A DNA stretch of 63,753 bases, filler included, from Nemertoderma westbladi (lineage: Eukaryota > Animalia > Xenacoelomorpha), in assembly GCA_032718475.1 (NCBI GenBank). It is 3 parts of 3 records of this genome, joined end to end, with 100 filler letters (N's around TTAATTAATTAA, not from the genome) between each part and the next. Parts side by side here need not be neighbours in the genome. Positions count along the whole stretch, not along the records: positions 29,104 to 55,526 come from JAUCBJ010000224.1; positions 55,627 to 63,753 come from JAUCBJ010008634.1; 1 more part is not named here. One strand, 5' to 3'. Position 1 is the stretch's first letter, and every line of letters starts with the position of its first letter. The notes under the pieces were generated by a model. The model saw only the letters and a list, made by a program, of their open reading frames with translations, was not told the origin of the DNA and made no database searches. The position numbers were made by a program, and so were the translations under genes. Positions 46,810-58,801 of this stretch are shown piece after piece.

Positions 46810-48680
46810 ATTAGATCTATTTATCACGCCCTGAACCGAGCCAACACGCCCTAGTGCGCTGCATTAGATCCATTTCACACGCCCTGAACCGAGCCAACAC
46901 GACCTAGTGCGCTGCATTAGATTTATTCTCACGTCCTGAACCGAGCCAACACGCCCTAGTGCGCTGCATTAGATCCATTTCACACACCATGACCCGAGCC
47001 AACACGACCTAGTGCGCTGCATTAGATCCATTTCACACGCCCTGAACTGAGGCAACACGCCCTAGTGCGCTGCATTAGATCCATTTCACACGCCCTGAAC
47101 CGAGCCAACACGACCTAGTGCGCTGCATTAGATCTATTCTCACGTCCTGAACCGAGCCAACACGCCCTAGTGCGCTGCATTAGATCCATTTCACACGCCC
47201 TGAACCGAGCCAACACGACCTAGTGCGCTGCATTAGATCTATTTCTCACGCCCTGAACCGAGCCAACACGCCCTAGTGCGCTGCATTAGATCCATTTCAC
47301 ACGCCCTGAACCGAGCCAACACGACCTAGTGCGCTGCATTAGATCTATTCTCACGTCCTGAACCGAGCCAACACGCCCTAGTGCGCTGCATTAGATCCAT
47401 TTCACACACCATGACCCGAGCCAACACGACCTAGTGCGCTGCATTAGATCCATTTCACACGCCCTGAACTGAGGCAACACGCCCTAGTGCGCTGCATTAG
47501 ATCCATTTCACACGCCCTGAACCGAGCCAACACGACCTAGTGCGCTGCATTAGATCTATTCTCACGTCCTGAACCGAGCCAACACGCCCTAGTGCGCTGC
47601 ATTAGATCCATTTCACACGCCCTGAACCGAGCCAACACGACCTAGTGCGCTGCATTAGATCTATTCACACGCCCTGAACTGAGGCAACACGCCCTAGTGC
47701 GCTGCATTAGATCTATTCTCACGTCCTGAACCGAGCCAACACGCCCTAGTGCGCTGCATTAGATCCATTTCACACGCCCTGAACTGAGGCAACACGCCCT
47801 AGTGCGCTGCATTAGATCCATTTCACACGCCCTGAACCGAGCCAACACGACCTAGTGCGCTGCATTAGATCTATTCTCACGTCCTGAACCGAGCCAACAC
47901 GCCCTAGTGCGCTGCATTAGATCCATTTCACACGCCCTGAACCGAGCCAACACGACCTAGTGCGCTGCATTAGATCTATTCTCACGTCCTGAACCGAGCC
48001 AACACGCCCTAGTGCGCTGCATTAGATCCATTTCACACACCATGACCCGAGCCAACACGACCTAGTGCGCTGCATTAGATCCATTTCACACGCCCTGAAC
48101 TGAGGCAACACGCCCTAGTGCGCTGCATTAGATCCATTTCACACGCCCTGAACCGAGCCAACACGACCTAGTGCGCTGCATTAGATCTATTCTCACGTCC
48201 TTAACCGAGCCAACACGCCCTAGTGCGCTGCATTAGATCCATTTCACACGCCCTGAACTGAGGCAACACGCCCTAGTGCGCTGCATTAGATCCATTTCAC
48301 ACGCCCTGAACCGAGCCAACACGACCTAGTGCGCTGCATTAGATCTATTCTCACGTCCTGAACCGAGCCAACACGCCCTAGTGCGCTGCATTAGATCCAT
48401 TTCACACGCCCTGAACCGAGCCAACACGACCTAGTGCGCTGCATTAGATCTATTCTCACGTCCTGAACCGAGCCAACACGCCCTAGTGCGCTGCATTAGA
48501 TCCATTTCACACGCCCTGAACCGAGCCAACACGACCTAGTGCGCTGCATTAGATCTATTCACACGCCCTGAACTGAGGCAACACGCCCTAGTGCGCTGCA
48601 TTAGATCTATTCACACGCCCTGAACTGAGGCAACACGCCCTAGTGCGCTGCATTAGATCTATTCTCACGTCCTGATTCTC
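46810..48680. repeat. 52/53-bp satellite, right block (~35 copies, recurring variant monomers)
   Basis: Same unit as 35610-36139; the variant ACCATGACCCG recurs near 46987, 47408 and 48040. Confidence 0.98.
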
Positions 48681-49371
48681 ACGTTATGATGAATTTTTAT
48701 TTGCTATTTAACTCTTCCACTTGGTCATTTTTATAACTAATATCACTCCTTTTATATGTAGATATTCTCCGGTCCCGATTTCATTACTATTTTATTTTAT
48801 TTTCTACATATTTCTTCTGGTATTCTGGAACCATTATGAATGTTAACATTAATTTCCATCATTTAATCATCGCTTAATTTCTGTATTCTTAACATCTCAT
48901 CCATATTTATGTTATGTGAGTTTATTATGATTCTTAGTATAGTATTTTCATAGTGTTTTTAAAGTAATTATCAGTTAGCAAAATTGTGTAATTTTCATTC
49001 ATTGGTTTCACATAGAAATTATCATTCCATCTGGTTGTTGAAATTCATTTATTCAATTGGGTACATATATGCATTGCTATCGGAAATTGTGGTAGTTTAA
49101 TTTGTTATTGTTTACTTTTCATGTTTGATCTTAAACTAAAGTCTGGAATATTGGAATATTTTATTTGCCACAGGTTACAAATTAAGTTTTGTAAAGAAGA
49201 ATACAGCAGTGTATTGGGATAAGTATAATATATTGTGTTACTAATCTCTTTGTGTTATTTGTGTTATTTGTATTTACTTGTTTCTATTTTACTATTTCTG
49301 ACTATTATTTTCTCATTTATTCTAAACTGTTTCTCGTTTCTGTTCTTACTACTAGTTTACTTGTTACTAAC

Positions 49372-52300
49372 ATGGCTCCTAGAAAATCACTTCATTGCTC
49401 TGCTTGTAATAAGTTTTACAGTAAGAAGAAGCCATATTGCCCTCATTGTCCTTGTCCTATCATTGCATGTGTCACTACAGCTTCTATAACTACCTGTCCT
49501 ACTTCTGTCTCTCCTGTCCAGTCATCTATTACTATTTCTAATACAAATCAGAGCTTTAGCCTTGGGGAGTTGAATTCTCGTAATGATGTGAAGATGGTTA
49601 GTGATGATGTGGGTATCAGGGATGGTGGTAGTGTTGATGTCATTGTGGATGGTAATGAAGTTAGAGTGAATGTAGTGAGTGTTGGTGGGGGTGCAGATTT
49701 TAGCGATGTGGATTTGAGTGTTGGTGAGAGTGTGGATGTGGCGGTGGATGATAGTAAATCAGGTATGAATGATGCAAGTTTTACTGGAGGTGTTGGTGTT
49801 ATAGATGTGGATATGCGTGATGGTAGTGGAATTGGTTTGGAGGATGGTATGATGATTGCGGATGAGTGTATGGGTGAACCTGTTGTGGAGGTAGAAAGTA
49901 TAGACATGGAGGCTGCAATTGAGAGTATGAAGGTGGGCGAAAGAGAGAGTTGGGTGCGAGTGAGGAAGAGGAAGTTTCGACCTATGGTTGGTGTAATGGT
50001 TGGGAGTCAGTCTGCAGATGTGCCTAAATGTGGAAGGTGCACAAGGAGTAAGGAAGGTGATGGAGATTTTTGTGGGAGTTGCAGGCGAGAAATGGAGAGA
50101 GAATGTGTAGCAGGTGGAAATCGTAAAAATAGCTGTGGTAGGTGTTCCAAGGTTATGCAGGGTAGTGGTGAACACTGTAGGACTTGCATGATGGAGATGA
50201 GAAGTGAGGCTGTTTCAGGTGGAACACGGAGTGGTAAATGTATGGAATGCATGAAATGGTTTATGGGTGCTGGTGTGTATTGTGGGTGTTGTCTACGGCA
50301 TATGAGCCAGAAACCAAAGATTAGGAAGGTTATTTTCTCTCGGTCTGTGCCTGAGAAAAGTAATGACAGTTCTATTTCTAGGGTATCATTGGGAAAGAAA
50401 AGCGTGGTTAATCAACCAGTAACAGATAAAAATGGATGGACAACTGTTAGAGTAGGGAAGAAGAGTGTAGCTGCACCAGTCAGTAGCAGTGGAGGATGTG
50501 ATAGTAGAGGACTTCGGAAAGAGAAGGCGAGTACTGGTGTTTCAGGTAACATTGAGATGCAGCCTCACATCAGTAACATATCCGGTCCATCAATGCGAAA
50601 GAAAATTAATAAGTGCAGAGACTGTCATCGCTTTATTGGGAAGAAGTTTTTATATTGCAAGGATTGCAAGCATAAATATCATCGTGATCGTGAAACAATT
50701 CAACAAAAGAGAACACGGAAGTCAGGTGATAATGAGTCCAGCTTGGGGTCTATTGATAGTTCAAGGTCAAAGACTGGGGTCCCAGTGAGTGAAGATATGC
50801 ATGAGGATAGATGGGATGGCGTTGTTGGAAGGTCCAAGGTCAGACCAGTGATGGATTCTGATACAGCTTCTGGTAGTCGCAGTACTGGTTGTCGACGGAA
50901 CTATTGCACTATATGCAGGCGACATATTGAGAGAGGTGATTTCATATATTGTCAAAAGTGTGGAAAGAAACATAACAAGAAGAAATATGTGAGTATGAAG
51001 GGAGAAAGTGATTCCGAGTCATCTGCAGGAGAATACTGGAACCAAGACAGATTAATAGATTGGAGCAGTCAACAGAAAATACCAGATAATAGAGGAAGTA
51101 TAGCAAAGTGTAAGAACTGCCACATTCATGATGCTCCAAGGGGGAAGGAGTATTGCAGAAGTTGTTATAAAGATAATTTACTGCCACAGAAATCTGGATC
51201 ATGTAGAAACTGCTCTGCAACAATTCGCGTAGGAGGGAAATATTGTGGAAAATCTTGCAAAGAAAATTATAGGACAGCCCAGAAAAATGGTTCCATTAAT
51301 AGTGATTTGCAATCTGTCAGTGACATTTTATCTAATATTGATATGCAAGCATCACAATTGTTTCAGAGTCTGCGGTCTGTCAGAACTTGTGGAGAATGCA
51401 ATAAGCCGATCCCTTACTACAGGAGGAGATATTGCAGTGTAGAGTGTTTGGGTCGGCACAACATTATTACAAGGTCTGGGTTAGGAGATTGTTCAATGCC
51501 ACGAGTTTCTACTGCTAAAAGTGGTTCCCTAACTCCCAAAGGAACTCAATCAACACCTAGTCCACAACCGATGTATCCCATGGAATCTCTAGAACAAGTT
51601 TCTACATCATCCCAGTCATCAATAAGTAGTCAATCACCAGAACTTCAACCATGCTCACGCTCAGTTGGTATACAAACAACCCCACCAAGAACAGGTATAC
51701 CAGATACATATATTTCATCATATGAAGATGTTCGCTCACCACCACCCCATCCACCTTCACCACAGCCTTCCACCTCTTGGGCTGTACAGACCAATGCATT
51801 ACTTTGGTTTCAAAGTGAAGCAAGGAACAGAGAATTAACACTAGTTGATGTCCGTGGGGATGGTGACTGCATGTTCCATGCAATCAAAAGATCAGATACA
51901 TCTCTTAATGACCCACCTCTGTTGATGAGGAAGAAAGCGCAAAGATATTTTAGAGAGAACTGGGATGAATATTTTGCGAAATATGCTCCGGGTCCATTCG
52001 AACCGAGATACTTTCACCAGTTTGTAAATCAATTGACCCAATCACGTGGTAGGGTTTTTGGAAACTCTATTGTACTGGAGGCCCTTGGTCGAATATATGG
52101 GCGATTGTTTGAGGTTCTTACTACTGAGGGTGGTAGAGGATTTATTACAGAAGTTGGAGTTCTGGGGACACCTAGGGTTGTGATTGCACATAGCAATGAA
52201 GAGCAGCACTACTATGCTTTCATACCAAGGGTTTCTTCTGCTGATATGCCACCCCCTTCAAGAACATGCCCAATACCACTACCACCTAGAAATACATCAG

Positions 52301-55300
52301 CGAGCTCTAGAGACCCACCTCTAGTTCAACCTCAACCCCTACCTCATCCACAACCTCAGTCGCAACTGCAACAACCAGTCGAACCTCTAACTTCAGTTGT
52401 GGACCCCACTTTAGATGAGTGCAATGATGCAATGGATTGGGGTGAATTTGATGAGGATGAAGGTGCTCTTCGGCATGACACTATCCGAGAACTTATAATC
52501 CGAGAGTTGGATGACGAGGATTATGATGCATTATTATTGATGGCTGATTCTGCTATTGATGTCAGTGAGGATGATGACATTGAAGTTGATGTGGATGAAG
52601 TAGTAATTCTTGAGGATGCAGTAGTATGTGAGAACTGCAGGCGTATTAAAACTCCTGCACATCCATTGCAGTTACGAATGTCAAAGAAGGTTGTGAGTCG
52701 TGACTGGGGTTTCCTTCAACGTGAACGTGAATTTGAGTTTGTGCTCTGCAAGGAATGTTCAATATACCTCTCGAAAAATGATGAAAAAGGACGCCTTCAT
52801 AAAGGACATCCACCATGGTCATGTGGCTGGCCTTCATTTCTTTTTAGTGGGCTAATGAATAAGATAACAGGTTTAAGAACTCAGGATGTTCTCAACTTAT
52901 TAGCAGAGGAGTTCAGGAACAGCTGGAGAAATGTTATCAATGAGATTGGTCTTCACCCGGCTAAAACAGTTTTGAAGGACTTTACTCAAGAACTTCATGA
53001 ATATAAGGAGACAATGGAGGCCTTAGATCTAGCCAAGTTTACAAAGTTGATGAATGATAAATGTTTTCCAACTGTTGTATGTGGGATGGGATGTACCCAA
53101 TACATTGATAAGTGTAGACCAATACCATTCCATCATTTCCTTGCAGATAGATTCCCTATTAGGAATGTATTTAATGCCAAACCCGATCAGGTGAAGTCTT
53201 TCAGGAATGATTGGCCTTATACATTTAAAGAACTCGATTGGGAAGCCATGGGTGGTGTGATAGTTGATGACTCTGCTGGTTTAAGTGTTTTGGTTTGCAA
53301 GATGCATAAGACAACCAACAAGCATATCTTCCACCTGCCAAACAACCCAGCCAGTCCGGATGACCCTTTAGTATACCCAGATGCATTTTCGATGGCAACT
53401 GTATCACCACGTATTGTTCGCAAGGCAAGGTATGGTGTATATAACAACAGTTATCATACAGTCATAACTGAAGGAGGTTATAGTGGATTATCTTCTTGCC
53501 ATATTGACCTTGATCCAGTCCATCAATATGTTCCAAAGGGAGTCCTCACTGATTTTAGTAAGTTATACCATGCGCAGTCACTCACATTGGAATTTCGTCC
53601 AGATGTTCGAGAATATGTGAACCATGCTTGGAATCGAAATATGGATCCTGGATATGTTGAATATGTTATTAAGTATTATGAGGTTCCGCAACACCATTTG
53701 ATAATGGATGCCTTAGAAGGGGCGACATATATGGACATATATGATTGCTATAAACTCCATGAGAGAATCTTGAATAAGGGGACTGGTGAAAATGAACCAG
53801 AAAAACTTTCTTATAAGGAAATATATCTGGATGAGATGCCAATCATGCATCCATGCAATCATATTGGCAGAAGATCATGGTTTATTAACAATGAATCAGG
53901 TTTTTCGGAAGGTCTTAGACTGCAGATGCTTTCATTTTCTGTGATGCATTGTCGTATCATGTATAATATCCTCTTTAGTACAGAAAATAAGAATGCTGAT
54001 CAACGGGCACTTCTTAATTACCTTAAATTTGGAATATTTGGTAAGTGCCCTGCAAAGGCAAGACGTATGCATGCCACCCATCTCATGGAGGCATTACGTG
54101 GTATTGAGTTAGGCCTACATCGCGCTTCTGTTACCAGCCAGGTGGCCTTTTTCTTGGAGGAACTTATCCCTGGTTGTTATGATGTACAACAGATGGATGA
54201 TATACTAGATGATGATATTTATGTTATCACCAAGGCTGATAGAGCCGATCCATTCCCGTTAGAGTACAATAACCATTATCTACATGCTGTCTTACGTGTT
54301 CGTAATGGTAAGTTCTATGGGATTTTTCGGTGGAGTTGGGATCATTCCTTTCAACATTATTTCTGCGAAGAAACGAGATTTATACCACCTAGAATTTGTA
54401 ACCCTGATGAGTGTGATGCCTATAAGCGGGGAAATCTTTTCATTTATGTTAAGAAAGGATGTTATAACCTTACTACTGTCCAGCGTGATCAGTTTCTTCG
54501 TAAGTATGCTGATCAGGATAAGGTAAAGTGTGCAATCCATGAAATTTTTCTCCGTAAGGAATCATTAAAGGATGATAATGGAGAATGTGTTAAGTTGCAT
54601 ACACGTGAAAAGGTGAAGAAAAATATACGTTGGCGATGTCCTTATGGGTTTCCTAGGAAGCAATGTGAGGTTGGATTGTGTCTCACCCACTGGAAAAGAG
54701 AAATTATTAAACCAGATGATGTGGTATATATTGGATCCCGCAATGAAGAAGAAGGGAATGAACTTATTCAGCGTTACTCTAGGATTCAGATTGATAGTGA
54801 TGGGGACAGTTCAGATGATGAAGTTGAAGATCCTCTTGATAGGGCTGATAGGATTTATGGAGGTGATTTCCTTGCCAATCAAGTAGAATCTGCTAATCCA
54901 TTTGAGGACTATTTAGTAGGGGTTAATGATTGTGATTTTGAGGATACCCCTGAAGTGGGTTTAGTAACTGGAATGAATGTCCCTATATATGATAGTGGGA
55001 GAATGTCTTTACACTATCTCCTTAATCATGAGCTTAAAGTACTGCAACGCCGTCGTGGACATGGAGGTAAAGGTTCATCATATATAAACAAGGTGTTGTT
55101 TCATATTGCTTCCCGTGCTCCAGGAACGAGTCTGCCTATAACCTACATTGAAGGACTGATGTTTCCAATGAACTTTTGGTACATGAAACCTAATGGTAGT
55201 GTTGTTGGTGCAATTCCTTCATTTTTGTATGGTCTTCCATTCAATTCTGCTAATTTTGGCATTGCTTCACTGAAAGAGCATATGCATATCAGAACATATG

Positions 55301-55526
55301 ATGAACGTCTGTTTTCATCTAAGGACCCTGCATATCTCCATTGGTGGTTTGATGTTTATATGAATTCTGTATTACATCATACATCATCCCAACTTGTTCT
55401 CAGAAAGGGGTTTGAGGAAGTTTGCGAGGGAGAAGAGCGAGTTCAAGCTGGAGCTTCAGATTCTGTGCTGCGATTTGATGAGATGGAGTCTCGCCGTCGT
55501 GTAAGGGAGCTTGGTGCATTGTTAAG
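49372..55526 (+). CDS. Giant protein (>2050 aa, 3'-truncated): ~9 C4 zinc ribbons, OTU-like cysteine protease, Cys-rich region and divergent Helitron-like pre-Rep region; probable rolling-circle transposon RepHel N-terminal half
   Basis: Uninterrupted ORF from ATG 49372 with CxxC-x10/11-Cx2/3C repeats. OTU-like motifs DVRGDGDCMFHAI...HYYAF at 51847-52221. IEGLMFP..FW...SSKDPAYLHWWFD...RRRVRELGA resembles the ExxxFPxLF / DxRFxxDxxY motifs upstream of Helitron Rep. The Rep and helicase domains themselves are not in the window. Confidence 0.7.
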
Positions 55527-55626
55527 NNNNNNNNNNNNNNNNNNNNNNNNNNNNNNNNNNNNNNNNNNNNTTAATTAATTAANNNNNNNNNNNNNNNNNN
55601 NNNNNNNNNNNNNNNNNNNNNNNNNN
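55527..55626. other. Artificial contig spacer (N44-TTAATTAATTAA-N44)
   Basis: Identical 100-nt layout to 29004-29103. Confidence 0.97.
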
Positions 55627-56304
55627 ATATCCCGTCGGAAAGTTTCTCTTTGACCCCCTCTACTGCTCTCGTCCTTGTGCCGGTACATCCCGTACCCCTC
55701 TCTCTGCGCGCAATACGCCTCGTCACGTCGCGTTCCTCCGGGGCGACAGCAATCTCCCGAAGTTCGACCCCACTGACCCTCCGTCTCCACCTCTACTACC
55801 GACGGCTCACTATCCGTCCTCGCTCTCCTGTCGTTCGCGGCGACACTTCTTCTACTCTCTTCCTTTCTTCTCTCTGCAGTGCAGTATTCCCGCTCGTGAG
55901 ATCTCTCGTCGACCTCCCAGTTAAACTCCATTGTTTTTCTTCCCTCTTCTGATCGGGCTCGACGCCTCGTCACTCGCCCTCTCGCGACGTCAACCTGTCT
56001 CTCTCTGCTCGATCGCACGCCGCTGGGGATACTCGAAATCCCCCTACTACTCTCCGTCGCCGGGTGCTGCGGTTCACCTAATTCGCCCCGCGCACTATCC
56101 GCCGACGCTTGTGGGACACTCTTTGCCCCCTCCCCCCCCCGCTCGCCGCTAATCTCTCGTTGTGGGGCTCCTGTAGCCCCTCCCCCCCCCACTCGCCACA
56201 TCTAACTTCACTATCTCTTACTTCGCTACTACACCCCTCTCTAGCCGACACATTAACCCTACTGCGGCTTGGTATATTCACCCCCGCCTCTCCCTCTTCT
56301 ACTG

Positions 56305-56482
56305 TGTGGCCTACAGGCCCTCTACTTCCTGCCTACTAACTACGTGGCCTACCAGGCCCTCACTGGATTGACTCAACCCCGCCACTTCCTGCCTACTAAC
56401 TACGTGGCCTACCAGGCCCTCGTCGGGTTGACTCAACCCGGTCACTTCCTGCCTACTAACTACGTGTTCCTACCAGGCCCTC
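56305..56482. repeat. 60-bp tandem repeat, 3 copies, inside gag
   Basis: ACTTCCTGCCTACTAACTACGTG..CTACCAGGCCCTC at a 60-bp period. Confidence 0.9.
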
Positions 56483-58318
56483 GTCCATCGGGCTGTCTGC
56501 GCCCGTCGCGTTTATATTAATAGCACCATTACCAGTATCGCCCGTTAAATCAATTAAATCCTCCAAATCAATTAAATTATTTTGCATGCCTAAATTAGAG
56601 ACGGAATTATTTTGTTCGTTCGAAATAAGATTATTTGAATTATTCTGCGTATTTGTATTATTTGGATTATTTTGTAAATTTATATTATTTGAATTATTTG
56701 TATTTAAATCTAAATTACTACTACTAGGTAAAATATTTCCTGCAATGAAAGTTTGGTTAGAATTATCCAATACGGTACTATTAATATTAACGTTGTCTAC
56801 TGTATTATTATTACCCCCCCGCCCGTACAGTCACACCAGTCTTGGGTCTGTCGTGCGGTTCCTGTAAGTGGGGTATTAATAAATGTTTCCACAACCCTTG
56901 GCTCCTCGAAAATACTCAAGCCAGCATCACTCTCTGACAACCCCATCTGCGCCAGTTCCAGTCTGCGCTTCTGTTTGGATTGATATTGCATAAGCCCCCT
57001 TAGGCGGGCATGTAAATCATCCCGCACACGCTTCCCCGTTACCTCTCTCTCCAAGTCCTCCCGCGTACTCCGGTCGACTAACTCGGCCTCTCTCGCAACT
57101 CTCTCAAGCCGTCTCGCCTCCCTCGCCACCTCACGCTCTTTACGTTCCGCCTCACGCTCTTTACGTTCCACCTCACGCTCTCTACGTTCACTCTGCTCTC
57201 TCGCCTCACGCTCGCTACGTTCACTCTGCACTCTCTCCTCATGCTCCTCTTGCTCCTTCCTCCCTATTTCCTCGCACTCCCTAAAGCTTCTCGCGACCTT
57301 CTCGGCTTTCTCCCTATTTTCTCTAACTAGTTATTTCTCCTTCTCTAATAGCGCACTCTCTTCCTCTAACTGTCTCTCGAATTCTTTCTGGTCTAGCGCC
57401 GCCAGATCGAGTTGGCATGCCAGATTTATTGCCGTCACCCGTCTTTCCTTTGCGGAGGATGTAGCAGACTTATCGGTTGTGACGGATTCCCTCCGCCTTC
57501 CCGTCCTACTAACTCTCCCCCGCCTCCCGGAACTCCCTCCGACCGACGAGACCGAATCCTCGGGGTTAGCCTCGGATTCGCCCTCCTGCGGTTTCCTCCA
57601 ACCCACTAATTTTAGTCCCCGGGCATCGACTAAGTATGGCCCTATGTACACTACACTAGGCTGCATACCCCTACACCTGATAGTTCAAACAGTTCGCTGG
57701 CAACCCCTCTCACTCTCTCCTCGGCTAGTTCTCTCTGCCTAAAATGCATCAAATAGTTAAAATGTTCATTCGACTCACCTAGTCGCCTTTTCAACTTCAC
57801 CTGGTCTATCTTGGCCCCTCCTTTGGTCTCTTTGAGTAGCTTCCGGGTCGCGTTGTAGGCCCGTCGAAGTCGATTGCTGACCCCGACATCCTCGTCGCCG
57901 ACATCTCCTCTATCTCTCCGGGTCCAGCATCGTACCGGCGGCCCCACCGTCGCCGTTCCGGTGGGCCGTCCGTCGCCCTCAGCCTGTGGCTGGCCGGCGA
58001 CTTCAGCACGTCGACCGCCGCCCTGTGTCGACTCGTATCCCTCTCGTCCCGACTCGTCTCTTCCTTCCCTCGACTCGTTTTCCGGTTCTAGACGGTCCCC
58101 CTCGGTTTGGATTGCTGGATCGTCCGCTGTCGGTTGATTCGGCGTCGTGGGACGGTACCGTCGCGTCGCGGCCTCACGGATCGTTAGATCGCCGTCCGGG
58201 GTCCGCGGCGGTGTCGTTTCTCCTTCTCGACTCATTCTTTGTTACTGTTGGGGCAGCTAGAGTTACTGTGGTTCAGTTTCGGGCAGCTGGATTTTATTAC
58301 TCCTCGGTATTTTATTAC

Positions 58319-58801
58319 TGTGACGGGATCAGATAGAGGATCCCGGTTTATCTGGTGGTTAGGTTTATTTACACGTCCCGCCGTGTGAAAAGAGTTTGTT
58401 AGAGTTCCTGTTGTTAATCGCTCGGTATGTATATAATATAAAGTGGTATAAAGTATAAGCACAGTTATAGCGAATGCAGTTAGTAATTGCAGTATACAGA
58501 TAACATGAATGAATAAACGGCTGAACGGTAATTAAAGTTGCCATCCTACCCTAACTGAACTGACTAGCTAATGAGTGAATGAATAACACGGTTACTGGTA
58601 ATATATTGCACCGGTCGGCCGCATTACACTACTCAGCCGATGCCTTCCCCCCATTGGCTATGAACTCACTTGTCACCCTACCATCTCTCTGGGTGTGCTT
58701 CCCCCCCGCTGCTGTCTCTCTCTCCCTCCCAGACGTATAACCTCTGACCCCCGCTGTGTGTGTTCCCTTGGGGCCTATTGTCCCCGCTTATTGGGGTGAC
58801 A
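58319..58801 (-). mobile_element. LTR (483 bp), TGT...ACA termini
   Basis: The minus strand starts TGTCACCCC and ends CCCGTCACA. It has a TA-rich TATA region at ~58430-58456 and AATAAA at ~58364-58369. Confidence 0.7.

Larger units (their letters stand above)
55627..58801 (-). mobile_element. 5' part of an LTR retrotransposon (probably BEL/Pao): LTR and broken gag N-terminus
   Basis: LTR 58801-58319, ATG at 58235, then Ser-rich and E/R coiled-coil segments typical of BEL gag. It has stops and frameshifts and runs off the contig. Confidence 0.65.

Noticed and set aside
46810-48680. CRISPR-like array (hairpin repeat with variable segment)
   Set aside because: The variable parts are a few recurring point variants rather than unique spacers. 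There are no cas genes and the context is eukaryotic.
55490-56201. Functional link between the giant ORF and downstream ORFs
   Set aside because: They are separated by an artificial contig spacer. ORF-track ends at 55578 and 29059 are also spacer artefacts.
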